DNA of 64,000 nt from Phoronis australis (taxonomy: Eukaryota; Animalia; Phoronida). The DNA lies in the NCBI GenBank assembly GCA_002633005.1, contig NMRA01000315.1:214221-278220 (forward strand), written 5' to 3'. The stretch's first letter is position 1, and every line of letters starts with the position of its first letter. Made by a program: the position numbers and the translations under genes. Shown here piece by piece: positions 13,508-25,186 of this stretch. Below the pieces are notes generated by a model. It was not told the origin of the DNA, searched no databases, and saw only the letters and a program-made list of their open reading frames with translations.

Positions 13508-14384
13508 GTACGTATAAAATCTCTAAACAGTAACAGGTCCACTGAATTGGCATCAATGTTTTTTAGTTTCCAGTTCTGATCTGATTTCATTTTGTGTGGT
13601 GAAAGTGAATAAATCGCGCGCGCTTTGACCACTGATTCGGCGGCATGGAGAAATTACTTTTCCGGGGATTCCGTTTTTGACTACGAAAATGGCAAATGTA
13701 CAAGGGCATTCCTTTCACGTGTAGTGTAAAATTGTGAATGTAGGATGTACAGCTGTAATTATACGTTGAAATTCCACAATTACCTTTCAAACAAATCTAG
13801 TTGGATATCAGTGTGATCATCCCTGAGTATTTTTTCGAAGTCCTCCACATTTCTGTTTTTGTTACAATTCACGAAAAATCTTAGAATTGTGCTTAATGGT
13901 TTCGAAAAAACATCTTTCCCGATTCACTATTTCAAACGGCTATAAACTCGCCTTCCATCATGAAATACAGCTTTTGATTTTGACTACTTATCGTTATAAA
14001 GTTAATCTTCAACTTACAGGTTATTTCAGGACTCCCGAAGGTTTAGCAGGAAGTTATTGCTTTAGACCAGGTTCTGCAAGTGGTCTTGTCCCGGCCTATC
14101 GTGTTCTTGTTACGAGCATGGTCTCTACAGAAAAAAAACCTTCAAACCTTTTCAAAGCAGAAACCATTTTTCATTTGAGTAAGGTACACGCTGAGGCAAA
14201 TTTCATCGCAGTAAGTTGTCTTAATCACAGGTTTGCGGCTTGGACGGAACGGGGACTTGTAGCCGCTTTAATTTTACAACATCTGTGCCAATTCCTTGTA
14301 GTCATTACCAAAATGTTCTGCCTCGTCCGAAAATAGTTTCATCTGGATTTCAAACTTCATGCAATCATTTATTCTGAATTTTAG

Positions 14385-14510
14385 ACGACGTGCACCCAAC
14401 TGTGACGTACTGTCCAAATGACACGTATATCAAGACGGGAAAAATATACGAACTTGTGAACATACCGCGACCAGTGATTAAGGCGAGAGGAAAAGAAATG
14501 ATTATTCGAG
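14385..14510 (+). CDS. Gene A exon 6: HYR domain 1, N-half
   Basis: DDVHPTVTYCPNDTYIKTGKIYELVNIPRPVIKARGKEMIIR; D-x-x-P-x(4)-CP-x-D HYR start. Confidence 0.8.
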
Positions 14511-15288
14511 GTATGTAACTCTGCAGGCCACAAGTACCTGAAAAGTAACTTGGAGAAAGTGCTTAATCCGATAAATATAAATCGTAATTTGCGTTAATGT
14601 AAATCAAATCCCCTTTCTACATTCGATTCTACCTACAGTGGTGTTCGCATCGTTGCTAACGTGTCTTTCACTAATATACATCAGAAATTTTTTATCAATC
14701 ATGATTTTATTGCTAATAACATACTATGTTTGCATACATGTACATAATCGCTATTCAGACATGAAGAGGTGAACAAGCTGACTTGGTCGCAATCCTAGTT
14801 TAATTCTTTTGCAAGTCAGATCAGCTTAAACTTTCAGTAGTTGTGTGTACTGTAAGCCAGTCAATCATGGTGGTTTTCAGCTCATTACAGAAACTAATTG
14901 TCTTGTTGAATATAAAAGACACTGAACAGTTCTCATTGGGTTTTTAAAGGTAGTGAACACATTACTGGACTTCCTGCTTGTTGTTTTAAACTCGAAACTG
15001 TACGAACAGAATGAAAAGTTATGTTACTTGACTTCAAAATCGCTATATCAGCACGTGAACGCCTCTGCCACATCATGACTATAGGGGCTTGTAAATTGAA
15101 GTGCCTAATGTAACCAAACCCTAAAATCAATATCTATAAATGTGCATGACTTCAAATGAAAGTGTCTTAGATCCACGGACATATGAGTGTGACGGGTGAA
15201 TTTACCTAGTTCCAGTGTGTCATTTCAACTGCGTTTGCGAGTATGGTCGTGTCGTCTCTCTCTATAGATAGCTTATTGGTCTACAACG

Positions 15289-15873
15289 GCAGAATAGTGA
15301 ATGTTGGCCAAATCCCCTTTTGTCCACTGACGTCACAAGCATACTGGCGCCCCCAGTGGAGGCCCTGAGAACTGGTAAACAAGGATGCTGGCGACTGTAA
15401 TTAAAGTATTTTTTATGATTTTCCCAGAGTCGCTATGTTTTAGTGTGTTTTTTAAATAATGTTGCATGTCATACCTCGCAGAAAATTAATATTGTTCCAA
15501 TAAATTAAGGAAAATGGAATATTCATTCTCGCGATCCTGCAACACCATCCAAATGTTCTTCTGTGTTACACACGGCAAGGCCAAAGTTTTATCCCCACGC
15601 GAAATGGCCTCATTTACGCTCGACTAAAAAGGAAATTTTCAATCATAATTAATTAATACTATGTACCATTCATTATTATATACCATGCATTATGTTTTTA
15701 GAAAAAAAACGATACTCAACGTCCCACAGCTTGGCTCGGCCGTTGCTAGGCTGGATATTTCCGGGTTCATGAACTCGGTTTACTTACGAGTTCTCAGGGC
15801 CTCCACTGGGGGCGCCAGTATGCTTCTGACGTCAGTGGACAAAAGGGGATTTGGCCAACATTCACCATTTTGC
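15289..15873. mobile_element. Mutator(MULE)-like MITE, 585 bp
   Basis: ~90-bp near-perfect TIRs beginning gcagaatagtgaatgttggcc; exact 9-bp target duplication tctacaacg at 15280-15288 and 15874-15882. Confidence 0.85.
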
Positions 15874-16246
15874 TCTACAACGACACACAAGCCGGAAACA
15901 GTTTGATTTTCCGGAAATAACATTTGTTAGCGATTTTCCATTTCAGACGGGAACACTGTCTCGCGTGATTCGGTCTGCTAGACAGCACCGAGTCCCCAGT
16001 GCGGGTAATTTAATTCGGGTTAGTTGATTTATTACCCTTAGTGGATATAGTCCGGTCTATATTCCAAGCTGAAAACGGCCTAAGTTGCCCATACCACGAT
16101 GTGCTTTTCTACCTTCGCAACCAGAGAAGGGTTAAATTAAGGTAAAAGGCTCTGCCACGAAAAAATTAGTTAGATGAAATCGAAGCGACATCACCACTCG
16201 CACGGAACATTGACAAATGGTTTCGTATATTTTTTTTCATTTTAAG

Positions 16247-16363
16247 GATGCACTCACAACGAAATTGATTACCTTTGGGCCCCTATCACGAAGGTGACAT
16301 GCGGTGCTGAAGATGACGAAACAGGGCGATGGTCTTATTGCTCTTATAAAATTTTCATTGACT
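16247..16363 (+). CDS. Gene A exon 7: HYR domain 1, C-half
   Basis: GCTHNEIDYLWAPITKVTCGAEDDETGRWSYCSYKIFID; donor gtaagt. Confidence 0.82.
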
Positions 16364-16689
16364 GTAAGTACTGCAACAAAACGGTCTTTTAAACAACTCG
16401 TGTGTTATACTTGTGTGTTACTAGCCGATGTTGCTTCTCCGTGTGAATATTTTCAGCTACAGTGAAAATAACCACACGGCGCTGTAACTAATTAAGGCTA
16501 ATAACGTTTGATTCGTATTGGATTTTTGCCTGACTTTGTTGTGGACGTAATGTAAGCAATTGACGCATTTGTGATGACCCATAGTAAAATTGCCTAAATT
16601 ATAAGCTTAAGATAGCCACCTGATCAACGTGCGTGGCGGCAAATTTTTGCTGAAAGTTTATAGTTTTTGGAGCAGTAAACTTGCTTTTT

Positions 16690-17300
16690 CAGGAACGACG
16701 CCTTGGGTAAATCTTTTACTTAGCCCAAATGGACTACTCTAATGAAATTTGCCGTCATACACGCGAATTTACTCTACCAGGAAATTGTAAACCAGCCGTG
16801 AAATACAGCCTCTACCATTGATTACGGATTGGCTCTACTAACCTCCAAGCCCATTCATTTACGTATTCCATTTCATATTAACCGTATTTACAAATATACA
16901 GTTGGAATAAGTATATATTCCTATCTGAATTCATTTCATCGCGGAATGTCCGGAAACCGACGGTCGAGTTTGGGCATTCCCAGTTAAAATGAAGTCGAGA
17001 AAGTATATCGCAGTAGTGTTTCCCCGTGTTGATCACAGCATTGCAATATACGGGTGGAAACTGCGCTAATTTGCAAAACTTGAGGTTAGAACTATACTGC
17101 AGAAAGCCAGGGAGAGTCGGGGAACGCCGAGTAAACGATTGTGCCACTGAGACAACACCTTGGATCAGTGTTTTAGGAAAACCAAATGAACAACCCCCAT
17201 CAAATCTGCCATCATACACGCGAGTTTACTTTACAAAGAGACTCCACCCCAAGCGTGAACTGCGGCCTCTACGGATTCATACGGATTTGCTCTATTTTCC
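16690..17300. repeat. Diverged ~150-bp direct repeat (copies ~16690-16840 and ~17150-17295)
   Basis: Colinear anchors ccttgg, ccaaatg, tcatacacgcga.tttact, gcctctac, tacggatt.gctcta. Confidence 0.6.
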
Positions 17301-17879
17301 CGTGTTCATAGCATATTTCAGGGCGTATTGAACGCCCGTATCTGCACATAGATAATAAGAGATTTATCGTGAAATTTACTATAATTAAAGAATAGTTTTT
17401 GTGTTGTAAGACTGATAATTGCGGGAACGGCTGTCACATGAAATATGAGAATGATGAAACTGATTTCGTAGGCGACGACGATGATGGGAGGTCACGGTGA
17501 TGAGGATGAAGATGATGCTCTTAGCATTGAAACTAGCGTAGCCATTGAGGTTGAAAGGAGGAGCCCTATTGCCATTTGTTACGGTGCAAAAACGTTACTG
17601 TAACTCATAGTGAATCCTCTGTTTGGCCCCCATCATATCGTAGCAAGAGACAGGGACCAAATTGCACATCAGGTACTACAGGATCGGTGGCAAGTGGGGG
17701 GGGGGGCGAACGAGATTGACGTGGTGCGACTTCAATGGGTTACAGTCAGCGTTGTCTTCCACCGAAGGTGACAACTATCTTATGTGTAACAACAATCCCC
17801 ACCCCTTCATACTTCTGGTATTAAAAATAAATTTGATGGTGCTTGCGATGTTGATAACAATTATGTATTACTTTCATAG

Positions 17880-18053
17880 ATATAACGTGTCCCACACTAA
17901 GGCCTCCTAAGAACGGGCGTATAGTTGACCACTGCGGTAATGGCTACCAGATGTCGTGTCAGTACACGTGTGACGAGGGATACTATAACGCAACGTCGAC
18001 GGAAATCACTTGTCTCGAGAACAGGACATGGAATTTGAATCCTGAGTGCGAAA
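17880..18053 (+). CDS. Gene A exon 8: CCP/sushi 3
   Basis: ITCPTLRPPKNGRIVDHCGNGYQMSCQYTCDEGYY...ITCLENRTWNLNPECE. Confidence 0.92.
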
Positions 18054-19670
18054 GTAAGCTTGCAAATGAATATTCGCTTTTTATAAGTTCATGTAAGCAT
18101 TTAAGTATCGTATTCCAGACCGAAGATCTGATGAAAATTTTCAGAGCAAACTGATAAGCACAAAGGCAGAAGGTTCCAACTGTCTGGTTGACTGAGTTTT
18201 GATCGAGCATAATTTTATTGATTCCTTTTCATTTGGACATTTTTGTTCGTGGAGTGAGTTTATTTCTAAAGTTCTATGGAAAGTCCTTAGCGCAACCAAT
18301 GTAATAAGCTATCCACAATACGATTCAAAGCTACATAATGCCTGTAGATGGTTCCTACTGTTGATCTATCAGGAAGCCTTTATCTGCAATTTTCGGATAG
18401 ATAGTTGGAATGAGTTGTTTATCATATGTTTTGTAAATGTCAATGCATCCTGAATTTTTGTTGGAGAATGTAACTGATCAAACGGCATCAAGGTCCAATT
18501 TAAAGACGTATAATTTTGGACGAATGCCATGATAATCTGTGAGAGATCCAAATTCTAAAATCTTTATCTTTATAGGGTAAGAATCTTTTCAATCCTTGAA
18601 AGTATTTCCCTGCTGGTAACACTCTTTGTTTTGATAATTGGAAAAACATATTTATAAAACCTAAAAGATACGGGAAACAATAATTATTTATGAATTAAAC
18701 AATACATTTTTGCTTCTGTCCTTCTCATACAGCATCAAGCACTGATGAAGTATCTCTCGAATGATATGACTCTTATCCAACTCTGTTGAAAAGCGGCAGA
18801 GTTGCCAAAAGTTTTATTGATAGTAAATTCATTAGCAAGAACCCACACCAGAACAAGCGAATGCAATCAAATTCCACGCATGTCGTGTGAGATCGAAGAT
18901 GGAAGTCCAGGGCTAAAGTTCTATGCTTTAAACAGGTTTGAACGGTTGCTAGCTTCCGACTCAACTCATCCAGTTGAACATGCCAGTAGACTGACCATAA
19001 TATAATTTTGTTTAAAACATTGGACTGAATGAGTTGATGGGTTTGCTTATCCATCATGAGTAGAGTAAAGGGTTCTCTACGTATGACCTCACTCAGTTGT
19101 AGAGAATCTAAACACATACATGTACGGCCGAGTAAACTATTTTTCTTTTCTGCCTCTACTGTTGCGTTTGATTATGGAAAAGATTTATAGACAGGACTGA
19201 TGGCATTGGATTTAATCAATCCACCAAAGTCTTCTTGAAGTTTTGAACTAAATGCTAATGAATTTTTATGGGCAGGCGTGACTACCGAGTGACCTAGAAT
19301 ATCCACTTGGTCCATCTTTCACCTAGTCAATCATCAAAAAGTTATAGAATTCATCAGTCGAAACTTGGCTTGCACATAATTTTGAAGTTGGCTTCATCAT
19401 CGTGATTAGAGATCCACTACGATTGGCATGCTGAGAGCATGTTGTTGTGGACGTCTTCTTTCACTATGATAAGGGGATCTGAGTATTGTTCTCTGTATTC
19501 GGATTGGGCAGTGTGGGACTTTTTACGACATCCCAGAATTGCCAGTGGCGTATTAACGCTATTTGCCAAAACCTGCTTTATATATTTAAATTGACCAGTG
19601 TCCTTCAATAGACCTTTACGCTTTTACAATTTAAAGTGTCCATCTGCCTATTAAATCCTTCATGTTGCAG

Positions 19671-19859
19671 TTGTAAAATGCCCGCCTGCTCCACGCATCC
19701 CCAAGGGCATGACCACATGCACGGCGCAAACCTACGGCACATTCTGTGATTACTACTGCGAGGAAGGATACGTCATCCCTGAAACGCTGTCCGATAGCAC
19801 AAGACTGATATGTACTGCCGAGGGAGTTTGGGAGCCAAGAATACTTCCGAAATGTTGGG
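19671..19859 (+). CDS. Gene A exon 9: CCP/sushi 4
   Basis: VKCPPAPRIPKGMTTCTAQTYGTFCDYYCEEGYVIP...CTAEGVWEPRILPKCW. Confidence 0.92.
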
Positions 19860-19997
19860 GTGTGTAGTAAGATTTAGTTCATGAGATTTTCTTTCGTGAA
19901 AACTGTAATTTCTTAAGGTCCAGACAAAATCATTGTCATCGTGTGTGTGTTTGCGTACGTCTGTGGTGGTGTTGATGACTGGTACTTAATGTTACAG

Positions 19998-20249
19998 CTG
20001 ACAAGCCGCCAGAGGTGCACAATTGTTCAAGTGACATCAACATATTCATAGAGTTTTCACAAGCTCAAGTGTCAATTCCTTTTCCGACATTCACGAGAGC
20101 TGAGAACGGCGATATTCTGGAAACAAAATGCAACTTGAAGACCAACGAAACATTAAAGGAAGGCTCTCATGTGGTCGTGTGCAATGCTACAGACCACGAA
20201 ATCAACAAGCACGCCACATGCAACTTTTCAATTGCCATCACCTCCAACC
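19998..20249 (+). CDS. Gene A exon 10: HYR domain 2
   Basis: DKPPEVHNCSSDINI...PFPTFT...GSHVVVCNATDHEINKHATCNFSIAI. Confidence 0.9.
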
Positions 20250-20383
20250 GTAAGTACTTTACTAACGAAAATACTTCTAACATGTGATGTTGTACCCCAC
20301 AAAATGATTAAATGTATGGTTTTCTAAATTTGCATTGAAATGAATTATTGTATCTCCCATATTTTTTAATATTTCTGTCACAG

Positions 20384-20551
20384 AAAGCTCCTGCCAACCT
20401 AAATTGAGTCCTGCTAATGGGTTCTTGGAAAATTGCAAAAAAACTTCCGGAAGTCAGTGTTACTACGGCTGCAATGCAGACTACAGGAGAACTGGACCGA
20501 ATCCTGTGACGTGTACACGTCGTCAGTGGAGTGCTGACATTGGATGTACAA
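20384..20551 (+). CDS. Gene A exon 11: CCP/sushi 5
   Basis: SSCQPKLSPANGFLENCKKTSGSQCYYGCNADYRRTGPNPVTCTRRQWSADIGCT. Confidence 0.9.
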
Positions 20552-20822
20552 GTGAGTTTTGAGAAGCAGCTTGCCTATTTATTGAAACCTTCACAATATC
20601 AATCTCGATTCAGCTTTTCCACTGGAAACGACAACAAAACAACAACTTTTTGAAAACGCTCCTCCGAGTATTTTTTAAACTTCGGTTGGAAATAAGTTCA
20701 AATTGCGCTTTCAAATAGAAAATGTGATAGTGTGACCAAGGATATACTGTGAACTTAATATTTATTAATTGCTTAGGAAAATTTCAAGGTATACGACAGT
20801 TCTTCTTTTATTTCCTATTCAG

Positions 20823-21017
20823 TTGTGAAGTGCACCCGAAGTCTTCCGCGTATCGCCAACGGATACTTTAACTGCACTGGCAACACCCCCGGAACTGCGT
20901 GCACTTACTCCTGTTTCGAAGGATACAAGATTCCCAAAAAACACGAGAGTCGTATAAAGCACAGGTGTGAAAACACTGGCTATTGGGTAGGAGATTCAAA
21001 GACCCCGGAATGTTGGG
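20823..21017 (+). CDS. Gene A exon 12: CCP/sushi 6
   Basis: VKCTRSLPRIANGYFNCTGNTPGTACTYSCFEGYKIP...CENTGYWVGDSKTPECW. Confidence 0.92.
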
Positions 21018-21349
21018 GTAAGGAAATATCAAGCGGGTATGTCAAGTATTAGGCGTAAAAACTTCGTAACTATGAACCAAATTTTGAATCACTTGCCCGA
21101 CACTGGCGGATCTAGAATAGCATGACAATCCTAAAACCCTTAAATATGTTGAAATAGGACACTTTTGTGGTACATGTATTTAAATTCCTGTTGCAATGAA
21201 TAAGCAATAAACTTCAAAAATATTTATATCCACAGTATTGAATGCGAACTTGGTCGTACACCGATTTTAATATTCCGCAGGCTTTTGTTTTTGGATGCCT
21301 AGAATCTGTTTTCAATGCTCAATCATGATAACGTCATTTTATATCTCAG

Positions 21350-21598
21350 TGAATCAGCCTCCTCAAATGACCAACTGCTCGCAGGGAATAAACCTCACGT
21401 CCTACATTAAGGAGCTTGTGGTGCCTATTCCTAAGCCTCAGTTCACCAGCGTCAGAGGTGATGTCATTGTCACCAGTTGCCCAAAGTACAAAGCAAGGAA
21501 TGCGACTCTACCTACAGGAGAACATGCAGTCACTTGCACCGGAACTGACATAGAACTTGGTAGACAAACTACTTGCACATACGTCATCAGAATCAAAG
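21350..21598 (+). CDS. Gene A exon 13: HYR domain 3
   Basis: NQPPQMTNCSQGINL...PKPQFT...LPTGEHAVTCTGTDIELGRQTTCTYVIRIK. Confidence 0.9.
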
Positions 21599-21921
21599 GT
21601 TAGTTCCTCCATTTTCTTATTCATTTTTTCAAGTTTGATGATGATGAACGCGCGCGGTCCACTCTTTACACATGCTGATCCGAATTTATCCAGTTTAATA
21701 AAAATCGAACTTTGTAGATAGTGAATTTACTTCATGTCGAAAACACAACAAACACAAGCAAACAAGAAAAAAACTAAACTTTCAGGCGTGTAGGTTAAGA
21801 TTGTCAATGAATGGGACTATCAAGCGCTAACTTAGGTATTTTAATTTACAATTTGTGCTTCATAGAAATTGCCAGGCTACCCCTGTATTTACGATGTACA
21901 AATTGGTGAATTACACATAGG

Positions 21922-22120
21922 AATGTGTGCGTGTGCGTGTGTATGCCTGTGTGTGTGTACACACACACATACACACATACATACATGTACAAACACACAC
22001 ATGCATACATGCATCCATACATACATACATACGTAAATATATATATATATACATACATACACACATACATACATGTACAAACACACACATGCATACATGC
22101 ATCCATACATGCATACATAC

Positions 22121-22178
<58 letters not shown>

Positions 22179-22256
22179 ATGTATGTATGTATGGATGGAT
22201 GCATGTATGCGTGTGTGTGTTTGTACATGTATGTATGTGTGTATGTGTGTGTGTGT
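21922..22256. repeat. Compound (GT/CA/TA) microsatellite with palindromic organisation
   Basis: Two tandem CA/CATA-rich units, a central (TA)n tract at ~22125-22176, then an inverted copy of the unit. Confidence 0.9.
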
Positions 22257-22259
22257 CTT

Positions 22260-22765
22260 ACCACATTAAGAGTTAGTTTAGTTCAAATGTCTTAGCTTAT
22301 CAAGTAATCGAAATAGTCAACAAATCAGGACAAGGTTCTCTACCTCAAACAATTTAGTTTTGCCTAAACACAGAACTTCGTTCTATTCTAAGTCCTTCTT
22401 TATTCAGACCATTCAACAGTGGAACTATTTGCCAAATAGTCTAAAGGAGGCTGACCGTCGTGATGATTTCAGACATCAACTCATTAGTTACTTGTGGTCA
22501 TCATAGCTGTCCCTCCTTTTTGTCACTCCAATGTATATACCACAAAAGACTTTATATATTTATTTATTTTTAATCCAATTTGTAAACACTGTTTAATTTA
22601 ATGTATCTTAATTTAATTTATTTATCTATCTTAATGTATTTAATTTAGAGATGCAGAGGACCATGCTGGATATTAGCCTTTGGCTAAAGCATGTTTTATA
22701 TTTACTGTATTTTATCCTCTATAAAAAAGTTTTTTATTATTATTATTATTATAATAATTATTATA
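22260..22765 (+). mobile_element. 5'-truncated non-LTR retrotransposon (CR1/L2-group LINE 3' end)
   Basis: 22321-22506 reads QIRTRFSTSNNLVLPKHRTSFYSKSFFIQTIQQWNYLPNSLKEADRRDDFRHQLISYLWSS*, the SF...WN.LP...F..L ORF2 C-terminus; then a 3' UTR and (TAT)n tail. Confidence 0.8.
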
Positions 22766-22907
22766 AATACGCAAGTGCTGCTGCTTCAATGACAGATTAT
22801 AATCAAAAACCATACTTTGAACTTTTTGAACAACTTCCCTCAACTATCGATCTTTCTGCATCGTCTTTTGTGACTATGAGAGTAACAATCTACTCTGTTG
22901 ATTTTAG

Positions 22908-23087
22908 CTGCAGTTTGTGCCAAATTGGACCCTCCTGCTAACGGTTCTCTCGTATGCAGCGATATCGGCGGTAGCCGCGTGTGCACGATATTTTGCAGAC
23001 CTGGTTTTTCAGTACCTTCGTCGGAATATGGAGGTTACTTCTGCCTAAAGGGAATATGGTCTAAAACTCAAGTGCCAAACTGCACGG
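22908..23087 (+). CDS. Gene A exon 14: CCP/sushi 7
   Basis: AVCAKLDPPANGSLVCSDIGGSRVCTIFCRPGFSVP...YFCLKGIWSKTQVPNCT. Confidence 0.92.
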
Positions 23088-23694
23088 GTGAGTTGATTAT
23101 ATTAAATTAACATTATTGCGGAAATTTTGTTTTTGAATTAGCTTACCCATCTTTAGTGTCATTTTGAATCGCCTTGCCACAGTTTTCCCAACTTTCCTAT
23201 TGAGCACAACACGTGCCCGTTCCGTGGACGCAGTTCACAAACAATTCTTCTCGAGATATTGCCACGCATTGCCCTATAACCTAGAAAACCAATCCCTTTG
23301 AAGCGATTTACATTACACCCCACCGCTACACGGATGACATTTAACGCACCAGTTCCCGTATTGACAATATTCCTAAGAAAGGGCAAATATTACAATTTTA
23401 TTTCTTACAAATCGGTTCACTTGAGGGAGTTCTTTAAAATCTACGATAGACTTTTTGATGTTGCTGATATATGTGTTTGACAACACTGAATCCATTCTTG
23501 TACTGTTTCAGGCTTAATTGGTTAAGCTTCATCTGTCCAATAGTTCCTACGGAAGGGTTAAGTTCATGAAATTAACCTTAAAAATATGAAGTTTCTGGAA
23601 AAAATCCTTCTAAAATGTGACTACCTGTATTCAACTCGTTAGCTGGGTGGCTTTTGTTTCGAAGCCTATGGTGGTCACCAAGTACGACATGAAT

Positions 23695-24650
23695 TAGAAT
23701 TGAGACGGTTCGGTACGGCTAGGTATACATGTCTTCGATTTTGCGAATTTCGGTTCGGTGCACACATCAAATGACGATCATGAGTTTTGTTTTGAAACAG
23801 TATATTTTAACAGGAAGTTAAATAATTGTTAACAGCAAACAACATATTGCAAGTTCTTTTTCAGAAAAAAATAACTAATCAGCATGCTTTGGTGACAGTG
23901 AAGCCCATTGCCGGGGCGTAGACGATTTTTCTCGCAACAGAGTACATGGAAACTCTTTGCCGGCACAGATGTTCCTGGGACGTTTAAACATGCCCTTGAC
24001 ACTGTTCGAGATGTGGAATTCACTGTAGTTCGTTCTCCACCATCTCAGACAGTTTTCATTTTTAGTACTTCTTGACGCAGAGTCTTAACCCTGCAAATTC
24101 CCCCCTTGTACTCAAACAATTAGAAAATGGTTCGGCGGCACACAAAATTTCAATGTCACCATGTACAGTTTGCTTCAATACAGCACTCATTTGTACTGCT
24201 GGTTGTGAGAAGCTGGTTTGCTGTCAATGTTGTTACACTTTGGTTCACCATACTTGACAATCTAGTGCATACGTTGCTTTGCGGTCGTTTTTCGCCCACC
24301 CTGAAATGCGTAAAATACTCTCAAACTGACGACTTCGCTTCCTTTGACATACTGTCCTGTTTTCTATCTTTTACCACCAAGCAACGTTGTCATTAAAGCT
24401 GGTTCCGAGTACATTGTGAGCGGAAGTGCTTCGCTGAGAACCAGTAATGGCAAACTGCGTGGTGTACTACAGAAGGTCATTTGTTCACAAGGATTATTGT
24501 TTTGAAAGAAAATATTGAACTTTGTGCACGTATTTTGCTACCAGAAGGAACTGAAGTCGCAGTAGGGACCGGAGGCTCTATAATTTAAGATATCCGTACT
24601 ATTCCGAACCTTCCTGAATATTGGTTCAGTCGTATCGTGTCTCAGCCATA
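23695..24650 (-). mobile_element. Degenerate, internally deleted hAT (ZBED1/Ac-like) DNA transposon
   Basis: Minus strand fragments KSSV*EYF (BED-finger start, 24312-24335), LRWWRTNYSEF, CLNVPGTSVP and PKHAD*LFFLKKN (hAT dimerisation domain); imperfect ends tagaattgagacg / tgtctcagccata with ttcggt subterminal motifs. Confidence 0.75.
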
Positions 24651-24941
24651 AGTAGAAACTATGATGCGTAAATCGTAATACAACTCAAGCTAGCAATAGT
24701 CAACACGTACAATGAGTGTGTACGAAAGTAGAATGGACACATGTTGATGTCGAGTTGGATTTCGAATTCCGAGAACAGATCCCGGACACAGAAAATTTTT
24801 GTTTCATTTTTGTGGATTTTAAACTAATATTGTGCTGAAAATCTGGCACGATTTATGAGGTACAGTCAAACGTCAAAGAAGAAGTTATATGCTAAGCTAA
24901 CCTAGTGAAAAGATATAACTGAAAACAGCTTTTTCCAACAG

Positions 24942-25186
24942 AGAATAAGATCCCAAATTCTGTTCAAAGTGAGGCATCGTACACGTACAGCACAAACAGC
25001 TCTTGTCCAGACAACGCCACAATGCAAAGAATTAAAGAGCACTTCATTAAAGAAGCTTTGGGGTACTTGTGTACACGTGACTGCTCTGTTAAAGACGTGG
25101 TACTGGCGTGCGGTAGAAGCCTGCGAAGACGACGTGATGTGTGGAACACAATACAGCAACGGGTATTTGGTTTAACTAAGACAAAG
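24942..25186 (+). CDS. Gene A exon 15: first polybasic-site (SEA-like?) domain, N-part
   Basis: ENKIPNSVQSEASYTYSTNSSCPDNATMQRIKEHFIKEALGYLCTRDCSVKDVVLACGRSLRRRRDVW...; phase-0 donor at 25186 (alternative 25162). Confidence 0.8.

Noticed and set aside
15947-16004. Possible extra exon within the HYR1 intron
   Set aside because: In-frame TAG in the required phase; exons 6 and 7 already join into a complete HYR domain.
21846-22276. Six overlapping ORFs rich in Y/I/H/T/V/C/M
   Set aside because: Translations of a dinucleotide microsatellite.
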